A stretch of DNA of 64,000 bases from Chrysomallon squamiferum (taxonomy: Eukaryota > Animalia > Mollusca), in assembly GCA_012295275.1 (NCBI GenBank), contig CM022671.1:13516001-13580000 (forward strand). The letters run 5' to 3'. The translations under genes were made by a program, and so were the position numbers. Of this stretch, positions 14,458 through 31,400 are shown in pieces. Each line of letters begins with the position of its first letter. Within the stretch, counting starts at the first letter, position 1. The notes below the pieces were generated by a model. The model saw only the letters and a list, made by a program, of their open reading frames with translations, was not told where the DNA came from and ran no database searches.

Positions 14458-14960
14458 TACAACTAACATTGTGACCATGGACTTTGTATGATTCACTGTA
14501 ACAATAACAATACTGTGTTACTGTTACTTTGTTTTCTTTTAAATAAACATATTTGTGTATTAGTTTGCGGCAAAATTGCACAATTATTGTATTCTGTCTT
14601 TTGAAATAAACATAAAACTGAATGTTGGCATAGAGACGTACACTGTTGTGTTGTAATGCATACAGTGATACACCCAAATATGTTAAAAAATATATTCCTT
14701 AGATTTTGGTTAATGTCTTGTTGACAACATTGTTATCTTACTGAAGTGGCTGGACAGAACTCTCTTAGTATTATAATGTCCAGTACCTGCAGCCATTCAA
14801 AAGTGTGTTATTAAAATGTCTAATAAAGACAAAACAGATATTTTTTAAAATGACAGTGTAGATCAGGAATCGTCTGAGGGTTAATTTTATTTGCAGCCAT
14901 CAAGGAAAACAATCATAATAAAAAACAGTAACCCTGTAGATAACAAACGAAAGTTATAAT

Positions 14961-15388
14961 CAGTGGTGGGATTCAAAGATTTAAACAACAGGTTTTCTCA
15001 CTAACAGTATTTATTCAGTTAGTCAATGGACTGCCATATACCACAGTCTACCAATGGAAAATATTCATTATTTTCCAAAATTTAAAAAATTTATAAAATT
15101 AAAAATTAAAATAATGGTTAAAGCATCATTACATTAACACTGAGGTGATTGTGTAATATGAAGATATATATGTATATGTTTTATATTACAGTGGTTATTT
15201 CTGATCTGCTTTCCGGGTGTCATTAAAACATTTTCCATTTTATTTAGTTGTTTTTTTGCTTTTTAAATTAATGTGTTGGATATGTCTCTCACTGATAATG
15301 TTTTAACAACTAGTTTGCTGAGCTCATGAAATTCCAGAGCAACAACTTAAAAATAGGTGCAAACAGGTTCAATGGGTGCCAACCACTG
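14961..15388 (+). mobile_element. Degenerate hAT-like non-autonomous element downstream of the MTMR14 stop (probable 3' UTR)
   Basis: Begins CAGTGGTGGGATTCAAA and ends AACCACTG (inverted termini). Flanks GTTATAAT / GTTAAATA resemble a decayed 8-bp TSD. Subterminal TTAAACAACAGGTT / TTTAACAACTAGTT repeats are present. Confidence 0.6.
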
Positions 15389-16992
15389 GTTAAATAATAA
15401 CAAAAATAATGAATTCGGAATATTAATTTTACGTAACATGTATATTTGATGTGGAAAATTTCAGTTATCTAGTGTATTTTACCGACCTGTACTGGTAATT
15501 GTAAATATATGACTGTGATCATGTATTATATAAACCATAATTTTAAAAATACTACATAATTTTTAATGTTATTTAAGTTACAATCTTTTTAAGAATTATT
15601 ATTAATCTTTTTTGTGGGTATTTTTGGAAGAGCGTTTCTTGTCAATAATAATCTAAATCTGTGTAATAAGTGAAATTTGTCTTGAATAACTTTGAATAAC
15701 TGTCTCAGGATGAATTTTGATAATGGTAGTGTATTTTGATATGTTTTGCCATTAAGAATGTACTCAAAAATTTAATTTTAAACTTTTATAAAATTATAAA
15801 TATACATGTACACTAGCACATTTCAGTATAAATACATAAAATATATACAACAAACCAATATAACCAAAATACTTAAGACTGTTTGGTATATGAGCTTTGT
15901 ATGCAATAATAATAATAATAGCCACAATAATAAATATAAGGAATTTTGAAAAATGAATCAATGTTTCATACAACCAACATTACAAAATGTATTCTTCAAT
16001 TAGGCCTACATCCCATTCAGTTTTATTTTTTTAGTACTATACTCTGTGCTTTGTGTTTTTTCCTGCCAATGTATGCAAATACATATTTTATACTTTATGT
16101 GTTTTTACAAAAGACTGTTTTTCCTTTCTTTTTTGTCTCCTCTTTTCTTACATACTTACGGTCATTTGAAACAAAATGTTCTCCAACACAAGGAAATCCT
16201 TTCATTTTCAGATCATTTTTTACTTCAGTTGTAACTGTGCATGTTGTTTAAACATTACTTTGCCAGCTTCTTGTACATGTAATAATAACAAATGTATTTT
16301 AGTGATATTGTTTTTGTATTTTTTTGCTGTTAAATTGTTTTATAATGTTAGTTTAGTCCAACATGAAATGTTTTTCAGTCACTGTGAAATTCTAAATGGT
16401 TTTATTTGTTGTATTTTTTAATATATTAACTCTTACTTTTTATTTACAGTTTTATTTTCTATTATTATTTAATTTTTATTTTCAAAGTATATTTAACAAA
16501 GCATAACAAAAACCTTATTTATTTATTTATTTAATCAAATAATTTTTGTTTTAATGTAAGCACATTTTTTCACCAAAAAAAATACACATATTACTAATTG
16601 TTATTATGTGATGTATGAAGTTACATGGTCATAATGTTGGTAGAAACCAAATAACTTTCTTCTGATTTCAGTAATTAAACACCTAGTTTTAGTGTCAATC
16701 ACATTTTGATTATCTCATGTAGCCTTTATAGTTTGTAATGAAATATTAATGTAACTGTTATGTATCAACATAAATGCAAAAAACTCAAACAAACCTAGTA
16801 GACCTTATGCATCTAAGTATTGTACTGGCACAGATGTTTAACCATATACAAATTTACACAATGTGATATTTTAATTATTTAAATATAAATAATAAAAATT
16901 AGTATTTGTTAATACCAAGAATAGTATTGTTTTATACCTCTAGTGTTTATAGCAGAATTGTTTTATTACTTCAGCCGTTAAAAATGTAAGAA

Positions 16993-17034
<42 letters not shown>

Positions 17035-18417
17035 GAACACTAAAACAATAATTATTTATCAGTTGCATATAATTCATTAAAATATGCCATTAAGGCATTA
17101 ATATTAAATGATTTAGTACATTATATATAAGGTGTGGGCGAATTGTGTGTGTGTGTGTAATAGATCAACCAATGCAGTTTTGAAATAAAATACTGAATTT
17201 TTCAGGATATGTATATTTAGTGTTAGTTGTTATTATCTGAGATTATAATAGAAAAATATGGGGTTTTGGGACTGGTTGCTTTTTTTTTCTTTGCTTTCTT
17301 TTTTTTTTTTTTTTTTTAATAAAAATATATTATCAAATTTCTTATTTATTTTAGAAAAAAATATGTTGTTGTTTATTCATTATTTAATTCAGTTTAAAAG
17401 TACACTGTTTAATGTTTTAAAATAACTTGTTGTATAATAATAAATAGTATTTGATGTAACATCTGACAATATAAAAATATAATTTTATGATAAAATACCT
17501 TGTTAAGTGATATGCTACATAATGTAGTACAAAATATATTGTTAACTGATATAGAGACATTAGTTCAGTATTTTATTAATATCCCTTATAGTAATTGTAA
17601 TTTGTCTACTCTCTTACACAGCATTTTAATTTAACTTTTTTAAACATTTTAAACATTTTAAATTAACTTTCATATCTTGACATCTCTACATTATTATTAT
17701 CTTTTAATTTAATTAAAGTTTCTAACTCAGCATGGTAAATGGCTTGGGAAATAAAGATAATCAAAAGAACTAAAATGTGAATTGCTGAGAAAATGAAGTT
17801 GAATATTATACATGGTTTATATAGATATCTGTTTTTAGCTGTGTAAAATGCAGTACGAGTTACACATGTTATTGCTGTTTTTGTTTTTTAATCAATGATA
17901 ATAATTTTACTAACAAAGTTTTCAAATAAATTTAGAAAATGTAGAATAACAACATTCAAGTAGTAAAATTGGGGGGAGGGTTGGGTTGTTGTTGTTTTTT
18001 TCCTACATAGAGAAAAGACAGTTATACATGCACATACAAATGACATCGGTCATCGTTAACAAATTAAATAATAACATTTTAAATATATTTATATTTCTTG
18101 ACTTGTATACTAATACGTAATCACAGTTGTAGGTTATTAACTGGCTGCATCGCATTTATCATAATTTGTATTAACGGCTGTTTTATAGTCGCAGTAAATA
18201 ATCAGATGTCACACAACGTGCTACTGGTAGTTTATAACGACAAAGCCAAAACAAAACCTAGTCATGACAAGGTGAAAGGAAATCCAAGTGGATGTCGCCC
18301 AGTCTATTATTAACTGACTCAACTAACCAATCACAATGAATATACTATTTTTAACATTTCACCTCTGTTAATATATATACAGACTGGTTGTACGTAGCGG
18401 TCATGGCTTGCTAGTAT

Positions 18418-18550
18418 ATGGAGTGCTGTGCGCATTACTGTGATCAAAGATTAATACCTGAACAGGTATAAACTAGTCAACGAAAGTAAAAAGCAGGAAA
18501 TCAAGTATATTATTTAACATAGGCAACAATTGCAGAGGATCGACCGTCAG
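18418..18550 (+). other. Putative non-coding first (5'-UTR) exon of the Rho gene
   Basis: Ends in a CAG|GTATTT donor. It lies in a CpG-retaining island (~18.0-19.4 kb), downstream of CCAAT (~18327) and TATA-like (~18371) motifs. The Rho ATG directly follows an acceptor, so an upstream exon is required. The 5' boundary is approximate. Confidence 0.55.
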
Positions 18551-20524
18551 GTATTTCATAATTACTAATATTATGTCCTTTTAAGTTAAATTAATAGGGT
18601 TTTTTTTTTATGTGATTTGAACAATATTAATAGTATGTGATATATTACTATTAGAGTTCATAAACGACAGGCGAACCAAACGAAGGTTGACAATGGATAC
18701 AACGGATTGTATGCGCTGTTTTTAGATCATTAGTTTTGGAATGTTTAGTCTATATCGTATATACAGTTTATATTGGCGTCCAGGTCTGATTATGTGGCAA
18801 ACTGCGAATACTTCTGCTTGTTCCGATGATTGTGACATGTTAGACAGTTAATCGATAGGGCGGTGTTTTGCTTACCTCATCGGGAAGTAATGTGTTTTGT
18901 CACTGAAAGACCAGTTCTTCGTAAAAATGCAACTGATATCAGTTTGTCGGTCACGTTTATTTAGATCCTGGTAATTTTCACCTTTTGAAATCGTCGAACA
19001 AAATAACATTCATGCTGCCATTTTTATTTTAGTTTACATGTATTCAGTATTGTTATCCAAAACAATGCCACGTCACACAGGAAAAAGTAAATTAAAGAAA
19101 CAAAATTTTAAAAATTATAAAATGTATAAAACAAGAAGCGTGATTTAATACATTTTATTATTGCTATCCGTGTTCTTGCTTATAGATACACACATTTGTG
19201 AACTTTGTGGGCGTGGCAGCGATAGGTCCATGTTGAATGTTTCACGCTACGTGAGTCACGTATAATTATAAATGTTTTGGAGATATGCCATTCGGATTAA
19301 GTTAGCATAAAAAGCCGCCTTCACCTAAAAATGTCAACTTGGACTGAGTCAAGCCATTGTCAAAGTTAATGTCGTACATGGAATTAGAATATGCTGATAT
19401 AAAACAACGAAATTCTGTATTAAGTAATTACTGCAGCTAAATGAGTAAATCAGTATTTATTTCATTTTATACTTTTCGAAACCAATTGGTATTAAATACA
19501 TGCACATATAATATAATAATAATAATAATAAAACTGGTTGGCAATAATAAGGTGTACAGCTCTTCTTGAATTTATTGAATTTTTTTTTTTTTTTTATATG
19601 TTTTTTTTATTTTGTTTGGTTGTTTTTTTAGTTTTTGTAATTGTTTAATCCCTATAATGCCTGTAATATAATAACACTAACAATATCGATAGCTTTGAGA
19701 TGTGTATAAATTATATTATTTGTAAAAATAATCTTTTTAATAAACTTCATTGTTCAGTTTTTTATCAAATATTCTGACACTTATTTTGCATCACGTGATT
19801 ACTAATAAATGGTTATTTATAATTTTTGGAAATAATGGATGTGGTTAGTATTAATGAGACCCTTGACATTTTAATCATTCATACAAAATGTAGCAACCCA
19901 GATTTTAATCTCATATATTCCTTTATGACACTTGTGTGTTCTGCAGATAATAACAATGAAAGTTTTACCAGTGCTAATTCATGGCAGACACTTATTACAA
20001 TTACTGTTAATTTATTTACAGTCATAAATCTTCTGCTTATTACATACTTTCAGTCCATGTTACTACATTAATAGAGAGAGAGAGAGAGTCTTTATGTGTC
20101 AAAAAATATTTATTGTACACGAACTACATATAAGCATAATACAATATTCATATAATTATGCATATATTTAATACTCAGTTAAATTTATTACTGTTGTTTC
20201 TCATGTTACTTCTGTTAATATTTAGGCATATATTTTACACACTATACATAACAAGCATAATAAAGGACATGACACAATATTAGAAAGTAGTTAGTTATTT
20301 GATAATGAGACTGTTTCTGATTTTAAACAAATATTATAATCCCAGATGTCACAGGTCATTTAATTGTAATTAGATGTAATTAACATAATAATAAACAAAA
20401 AATAATTGCTAAATAAACAAGAAAAATAGTAATCAGAAACAGGTACCACTAATAATATTTCTAGCAATGGTAATAAACAAAAAAAACAAATAAATAAATA
20501 ACATTAAAAACAATGGGTACTTAA

Positions 20525-23340
<2,816 letters not shown>

Positions 23341-25277
23341 ACATTTAGGAGTTTTGATAATAAACACGGATGTGAAACATTGCCGAATTGTATCTTAAGC
23401 TAATTATGTATGTGGTTTATTGTCAGCGTGAATTATAGACCAGGCGAAAGTTACCTGCTTCCAAATTACAGAGAACAAGGAATCATGCTCGTAAAATGTG
23501 AGAGGATACTTGGGATTGGGGAGATAATTAACATTTTTTTTATTTTTCAAACGTTTCTAAAATTAACAAAGCCTATTTCATAACCTTTACCTGACTATGG
23601 ATCAAGTTCACATAAAAAAAGGAAGGGGTTATGGATAAATATTTAAGAATAATATTTTATATTTTTAATATGGTTTTTAAAATTATATTTTTAATCACTC
23701 ACGAAGTTCAAAAGGCTCAATGGATCACGATACAATCATAATTATGAGTACCGGTTTAGAACAAAGAGACAGGAAACTTAACATAAAAAGTACAAAAGGA
23801 AATCTTTTAACAGTATTATAATCTTAGCATTTTAGTTTGTAATTATTTATCTGTATACTTGGTATGAAAACTTTTAAATAGCTTTGGGGGGTGTTAAATC
23901 TTAGACAATCTCAAAACAAAAATCGAATTGAAATATGCTTTCAGAAGCTAGAAGAAACTCTTTGAATACATACGCAAAATTTCTACTCATTCCAAAAAGC
24001 AGATTTGCTTAAAATATAGGAAATAAGAGCGTAAAATGTATTTCAATTTTTCATGAAATCAACCTCTCTTCAGGTAATATTATTTTACCGTGGTGACTGT
24101 GATCATTCAAAAGATTGTTAAATATTTTTATATGCCGGCTACAAAACATAACGTCCTCTAGATCTCCAAACATTATCACTGGTTTATAATATTTTTATAA
24201 ACGTACCTGTTTATTGTTTGCATGTTGATCAATAAATACTATATTTATCATTTATTTTACAATTTGTCTTTTGTAAATATGAGAGTATTTATCGTTAATG
24301 TCTTAAACGAAGGAACAATAATCAAATAAAAACTCATTTACGCTAATTTTTAGATATTACAACAGCTTTAAAAAGTATGACAAATATTGTGAATGATGTT
24401 AATAAAAAAATAAAATAAAATAAAAAAAAAAAAAAAAACGAAGGAAAAGAAACAACAACAACAACAACAAAAAAAGAAGATGGGAATACTTATGCAAATC
24501 CATGTTACTGTTATTGTTATTATTATTTTTTTTTGGGGGGGGCATTTTATTATTTTATTTTATTTTATTTTATTTCTTACATGAGGAAGTGACGGAACAG
24601 TGGCATTCAAAATGATTCACGTTAAACAGATTTGAACATTAACGTAGTGATAAATCAACATGTGATAATGACTCGGTCGAATCTGGGACAAGCGGGAAAA
24701 TATTTTGTTGATAAATAATGAATTGCTACTTTTCAAACAGAACACCTGGAATGAGGAAGTATTATTTGATAGTACCGATTCGAAAAAAGACAGACCTCTA
24801 GCCAAGCATATTTTTTAGTTCCTGATTTGCCTCTTTCTTTTGGATAATTCCAACAGCCTGAAAGTTTTAAATCCGGCTGGTTTGTAGATGAGTTGATTCC
24901 CTCAAATAAAACAACTAAGTCATTTTATAAAGGGGAAAAAACTAATAATAAAAACAGATAAATAATATAATGTAATGTAATATAATATAATATAATATAA
25001 TAAGGGATCTTTTACGAATTTTTATGTTTAGCACATTTTAAATTTAAAAATTAATTAGTCAATAAAAGTAAATTAATACTCATTTCACACAAAACATAAC
25101 AATATATTTTCCTGTGATTTTGTTATGAATTTGTGTTCTTATGGGATATTAACAAAAAAACTAATACCATATTAAGGATATCGCAATTATATTAGCAATA
25201 ATATTCTTTTGTATACATTTTAATTTCTTTTTCTTTATTATTATCGTTATTTTCATCATTATCATCATATTCATCGT

Positions 25278-25459
25278 TATGGAGTGCTGTGCGAATTACA
25301 GTGGTCAAAGATTAATACCTGAACAGGTATAAACTAGTCAACTAAAGTAAAAAGCAGGAAATCAAGTATATTATTTAACATTGGCAACAACTGCAGAGGA
25401 TCGACTAATATTACGTCCTTAAATTAATAGTTTTAAAAACAAAATGTATGTGATTTGAC
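25278..25459 (+). repeat. Local duplication of the putative Rho 5'-UTR exon and adjacent intron start, splice donor deleted
   Basis: Near-identical to 18417-~18620 (ATGGAGTGCTGTGCG...GCAGAGGATCGAC). The segment CGTCAGGTATTTCATAATTAC is missing. Confidence 0.92.
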
Positions 25460-26989
25460 ATCGTCGTTGTCATTTTCATTACGGTCATTATTATAACCAC
25501 TGTTACAGTGTCAGTGCCTGAAGTGCTCGTTATCATGTCTAGCGGTTTAAAATAATATATGGATTGGTAAATTCTGAATTGTGGCATATATACCGATCAA
25601 CAGGAGTGTAGTTTATGAGTTATTATTTATACACAGAACATATATTGTAATAATATAATAGAAAGTAAACACCACTAAATTATTTACTGGTTTGTGGAAA
25701 CCCGAGTTAAAAAAGCAATCAGCTGAATCCTGATTAAAGACGGAATCGGTTCCTGGAGAATCAAGTAATTAACATAAGTTTAAAACGTGAATGCTGCCTT
25801 TAAACGTTCATCATCGTGTATTTTTCTATAAAAGGAGATTACTGGTGATCAAACAGATCTTTAATTAATTGCATATATCGGTAGTTAAAGCCAGCTTATT
25901 TACTGATTATAATTATTAATACATACTTATTATTTGTCGTTATTTTATATTTTCTCTATTTTATATATGGAGACTAGATTATCTCAAGACAATATATCAA
26001 AATTAGTAATTTAATAAAATATTTTTTGCAACAGAAAACCGGGTTTTACGTTTAAACAAAGACGGGATTGTCTTCGTCACTTCTTTTTCATACCTTTGAC
26101 ACTTAAAATATTCCCTTATTAATCCATTCATAGCCTACCTTTTTATATATGTTTTATATACGATTGTTCTTTTAGCTGAGAATGCTGAATAGAACTCCGT
26201 TGAACGATAAAATAATAAAAACTTTCACTAGGTCATAGTGTATTAGCTGCCATTCACCTTGCAGAGAGTACAGTGCTATTGCGTTACAATTATTTGCTAT
26301 ACTTACAGCCAGAAAGTTAGTTTCTTTTTATTTTATTAAATAATACCAGCACAGGTAGCATCTTTCTATACAGTAATATTAGCACATGAATATGTAAACA
26401 AAAATAGCAATTTTTGGCCTGTACGGTCCACCGTATTGTAACGTTTGCGATTTACCGCGACATCGTGATAACCTCCTTTGAACGGAAGCCAGTGCTATGG
26501 TGTACTTTCATCAACTGTTTTAATGTTTTAACTGCATTTATTTATTAACACAATGGCATGGACGTGATTCAGATATAGCAAAAATTGCAACCCAAGTATA
26601 TTTACCGTCATATATGTCAGTATATTTCTCCAGTATACATACTTAACCAAAGATTTTTAGCCAGTTTTTGTAAATGACTATTACTTCCAAATAAATTAAA
26701 ATAAAGTGATAAAACTTGGTAATATGTTAGTTGTATATGCCCTGTCGCTTTGAGTAATGAAAATAACACCATTTGTCATATGAGTACTGCACGTGCAAAC
26801 GAGGTGCTCTTGTGCTGTCAAAAGCTCGTGCAATACGGATGTATTGAAATCAGACTTTGATGCACTGAACCAATATTATCCAAAAACATAAGGAAAAATT
26901 TGGATATTTAACATACTTCCGTACACCACTTGTCCGACACTCCGGGAACATGACAATCACCGAACGTCCAGTACTATAATGTTACAGGC

Positions 26990-27195
26990 TTAACTGGCCA
27001 CCAAAGTCCCTGACTTGTCCCCAACTGAGCATGCATGGGAATTACTGGATCATATCCTTAATGTCCATGACCTACAAATTACTCTAAACCGGGAATGGAA
27101 CGCAACTACTGTTCCTGAGATTAATGTTCTCATTAGAAATATGAGACGACGATGTACTGCATCAATAAAATATATATATAGACACATTATTTTTT
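26990..27195 (+). mobile_element. Tc1/mariner transposase remnant (C-terminal part)
   Basis: Frameshifted NWPPKSPDLSPTEHAWELL...REW...LIRNMRRRC matches the Tc1-type WPxxSPDLNPIEHxW...MRRRC signature. Confidence 0.82.
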
Positions 27196-27600
27196 AAAAG
27201 GCTTCATTCTATTAGTCTGGGAATGTTGCAGAACCTTCATGTCATACTTAAGTAAAATGAAAATTTATTTATAATATTGCAATAAATAAAATGAATTCAT
27301 ATTGTAGTTACGGTATTAGTTCGTTTTACGGTGAAGTCTACGCCATGCTTTTAAAATAATTACGCATTAATTCCGGAATTGCCCTAGATCCTGTAATAAC
27401 CATTTTAAATAAAAATGCTTAAAAATAATAATAATAATAAGAAGAAGAAGAATAGTAACAGAAAACTGGTCTTTTCCGACATTCCTAATAAAAGGGTAGT
27501 ATGTGCTTTATAAAAATAAAATTAAAAAAAAGTATTGTTAATATGAATATTCATGAATTATTTCTTTATGAATATTCATTAGCATCTTTATTTCCGTCAG

Positions 27601-27906
27601 ACTGGACGTTCGGTGATAGCCATGTTCCTGGACGTGTCGAACAAGTGGTGTACGGAAGTATGTTAAATATCCAAATAGTTCCATAATGCTCGTGGGCACC
27701 AAATCCTACAAGAAGAACAATCTTCTGTCAATTACCCAACTTTCAACTCGGAAACGGACACAACTGCAACCGGAGCAAGACAGAAATATGGAAGATAAAA
27801 TCGTTTATTTAGAATCTTCAGCAGGAACAGATGTGAAATTCTAGAAGTTCTTATGCAGGCGATTCGCTTTCTCTGTACGAAATATTCAGTGACAAGAAAG
27901 TGTTAG
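27601..27906 (+). pseudogene. Degenerate Rho-family GTPase C-terminal exon (pseudogene fragment)
   Basis: After acceptor TTTCCGTCAG, three frameshifted segments read FLDVSNKWCTEVC / KYPNSSIMLVGTKS...QPEQDRNMEDKIVYLESSAGT / LEVLMQAIRFLC...RKC*. These are colinear with the Rho/Rac pattern KWxPEV..CPN.PIILVG[TN]K...PEEGR.MA.KI..YLECSA.T..EVF..A.R...C. Confidence 0.65.
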
Positions 27907-28481
27907 ATATGCATGTGTTTACATGTATGTCAATTATTAATTATGCTTTAAACATATGCTTAATAAAAACATTCTAAATGTAATTTGTTTCAGATGTAAA
28001 AAGAATTAAATCTTTGCTGTTATCTCGAATCGAGTTCTTTATTTATTTATTTGTATACATTTTAAATAAACAAATTAATTTTTGAACCGTACATCAATTT
28101 GTAAAGATTTACATACAAATACATATTCAGGGAATATTTAGAATAATACAACACAAATTGATGTTTTCAACACGGATTGATACCTACGGTACTTAGAAGT
28201 CATTAATTAATTTATTTATTAATTCATTCCAAAATAACAAAAAACAACTAAAGTCTTATTTCAATAATTTGCATATTTAGTGCTCTGTACACTGTATAAA
28301 TAATTTTAAAATAATTTTAAAAAGAAGAAGACAAAGAAGAAATTTACAAAATCTGAAGCTTGACATCATGTATGTTATTATAAACCTTTTCTCATTGCAA
28401 TATGTTATATACAAATGCATGTTATTAATATTAATATTAAAATTAAAATACATTGTCATTCATGTCATTATTTCTTCTGAA

Positions 28482-31400
28482 CTAATCTTGTAGCGGTTCT
28501 GGTCTCGTGGTTTCCCTGATAATATCAGACGACGGACGTGCCTTGTTCGAACCTACGCCGAAACCGTAAACAATATCGAGTAGTTCTTTGTGAACTAAAC
28601 TGGTAGAATCGTATCGCTTGAACTTCTCGTAGAACGGTTTCGGTCTGAGAGCTCTTCTTATGTACTCGTTTGACGAAAACGATAGAGGTCTCCTGACGTC
28701 ACTCTTACAAGTTTTTCTTACTTCTCGATTGCGAAGCTGGACGGTGTAATTTTCACTGTTTTGCGGAATTCGTCTGTGATCTTCGTCCAAAATTGAGTTC
28801 AGTATTTCAGCCTGTTTTTCTCCAATCGAAACAGGTCGGACTGACGTAAATTTATCGCTTGTCGAACTGCGTCTAATAGGTCGAGATACTCCGAATGTAG
28901 TCACGTGATTAGTTCGTGGCTCATCGGCAAAATATTCTCGTTTTGGACCTTTTGTTGTTCGAATGGGCACGACTTCAGGTGTAACTGGAACATCAGTGGT
29001 TGGTATGTGGAGAACCTGGATGTCTTTACGTTCTACGAAAGATGTGTCCAAAGAAGAACTTCTATCAAATGTTCCACATTCACTGTTCTTTTCTTCCGCG
29101 AGTTTTGAACTGTTACCAAGTTCATGAACACTACTTACGTATCGATCCCCGTGCAGTGACGTTCGAAACGACCGGTTTCGTGGTGGAAGAGGTGGCCTGG
29201 TAATCGTATTTTGATTAGTTAACTGACTTGTTGGTTCAACAACAAAATAGTCGTGACGCAAACATATTTGTGATGTTAACCCTTCATCTTCTGCAGCATT
29301 CAAAGGCACGCTAACTCGTTTCGGATTAGGAGGTTCTGCCAGAACAATATCTTCAGCGTTACTATTATTAACTTGTTCGTTTTCTGGTTCATTTTGTCTC
29401 TCGAGTACGAAATAATCGTGTGTAGTGATTTCTGAAAGATTTTCCTCTTTGATAACGAATCGAGGGGAGCATCCATCTGGACTTCTCTGTTGAACATTGA
29501 CGTGACTCACATTATCAAAAGTGTAAACGCAGTTGTTCTGGGATGGCGGCGTCTTAGGACTGTAATCCAAATGATCGTACTCGCACGACATCCACTTCCG
29601 TTCCTCTGTTCTGACTGAACGATCTGGTGACGAAGGTTGTGCAGCAACAACGGTTTCTGTGCAGTCAACGCCGTCAGATACCGCTAGGTGATTGTAAATG
29701 GCTTCCCTTTTCACAAACTCGGGCTCTACCGAGGACGCCTTAATAGACGTATCCTTACTCTCAGCTTCAGAGATTTTAGAAACTTTCCCGTCTATGGTGT
29801 CATATATGCAGTCGACTGTCTCCGGAACATTGGTCATCGATGTTGTGTCCACTTCAGAGTAGATGTGATCGTCTTGGTCACTTTCACTGGTTGACCCATT
29901 TGTGCAACAAAAAGGAAAAAATCTTGTCTCATTCTGTAAAATAATAATAATAATAATACAAAGAAAAAAAAGTAACACTAATAACAATTCTGTTATTCCT
30001 TAAAACAATTCCCTACAACCTTAAAATCTCTAAAGTAAAAGTGTAAAAGTACTAACAGAAAATTAAAAACAATGAACTGCTGAATTTCTCTTAAGCATTA
30101 TTTTTCTTCTTTCCTTTTGGATAATGTGATAGGAAAAAATAGAGGGCAATATGGGTTGAGTGAAAGAAAGAGAACGAAACAAATATACTTTAATGAAAAT
30201 ATAATTTGTAATACGCACACACACGCACACACACACACATATACACATATACATTAAACATGTTACAAATGTTATTTTTAAAATAGTGTTGTGAAGGATG
30301 GAGGATGCTGAACATACCTTATCCTCGATATCTACATAAACTTGTTGAGTTGCACTGTTTTTCTCATTTCGTGAGGGATCCGAGTTCTTGTGGGAATCTT
30401 TTCGTTTTTGTCTGCAGAAAAGAGAAAACCACAAATAACAATAATAGTATAATCAGAAGAAGAATAGCAATTGTTCTTGTAGAAGTAATAGTAGTGGAGG
30501 TAGTTGAAGTAGTAGTGGTGGTGTTGGTGGTAACTGTAGTGACAGTAATCAGCCGCAGCAGTAGTAGTAGCAGTAGTTAAAAATGTTTAGCATTAATGTT
30601 TGCTAGTTGTCAAAACAATATTTTAATTTACATATATACAGGTTTATAAAATGATACAGAATTCTAATTAATGTTGCTTATACATCAGTTAAGAATTTAT
30701 TATATAAAATTAAGATAGTATTATTTCTGGAAAAAATATATTTACCTTTTTTTTTCTAATAAATATATTTGATCGCAATAAATAAAAAAATGATTTCAAA
30801 ACAAATATTATTATACTTATATTTTGTCTTGCTGCATGCATGTGTAATTTTGTTTGAATACATTTTTTTATTTTGAAATTTCTTTATTAGTATTTTCGAT
30901 GTGAATATATATGGGTGAGTGAGTGAGTGTGTGGATGGATGTATATATATAAGTGAGAGAATACTGAATACTATGTATTATATATAATTATGTATTTTAC
31001 AATGTTTGTTTTGTCTTGGATATGTAAATTTTCTATGTAATATATATACATAATAATTTTATAAATAGTTACAATAGTTTCTGCGTCCTCTTGTGTGAAG
31101 CACACGCTACTGCTATGGCAACCACGAGGAAAAAGGCAAGCACTGAAGTGGCGATGATAACAATAAGAAGACGAGTTATCTGTGGCAAGTTTCTAAACAT
31201 GTCATTGATGTTGTCTTCTGAAAATAATAATAATAATAATAATAATAATAACGTTAGCAATCATTATTTAATATTAAATAAACAATTAAATAAATACATA
31301 AATAAATAAATAAATAAAGTAATTATTTAATTAATTAAAGTGAAAAAGCTTTTGTGATATTATAAAGGTAATTTAAAATATCACTGTCCATGCAAAGTGG

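Noticed and set aside
25690-26520. Faint Rho N-terminal-like words (e.g. ~26035-26070, ~26420-26510) as missing exons of the ghost paralogue
   Set aside because: Similarity is too weak to distinguish from chance by eye.
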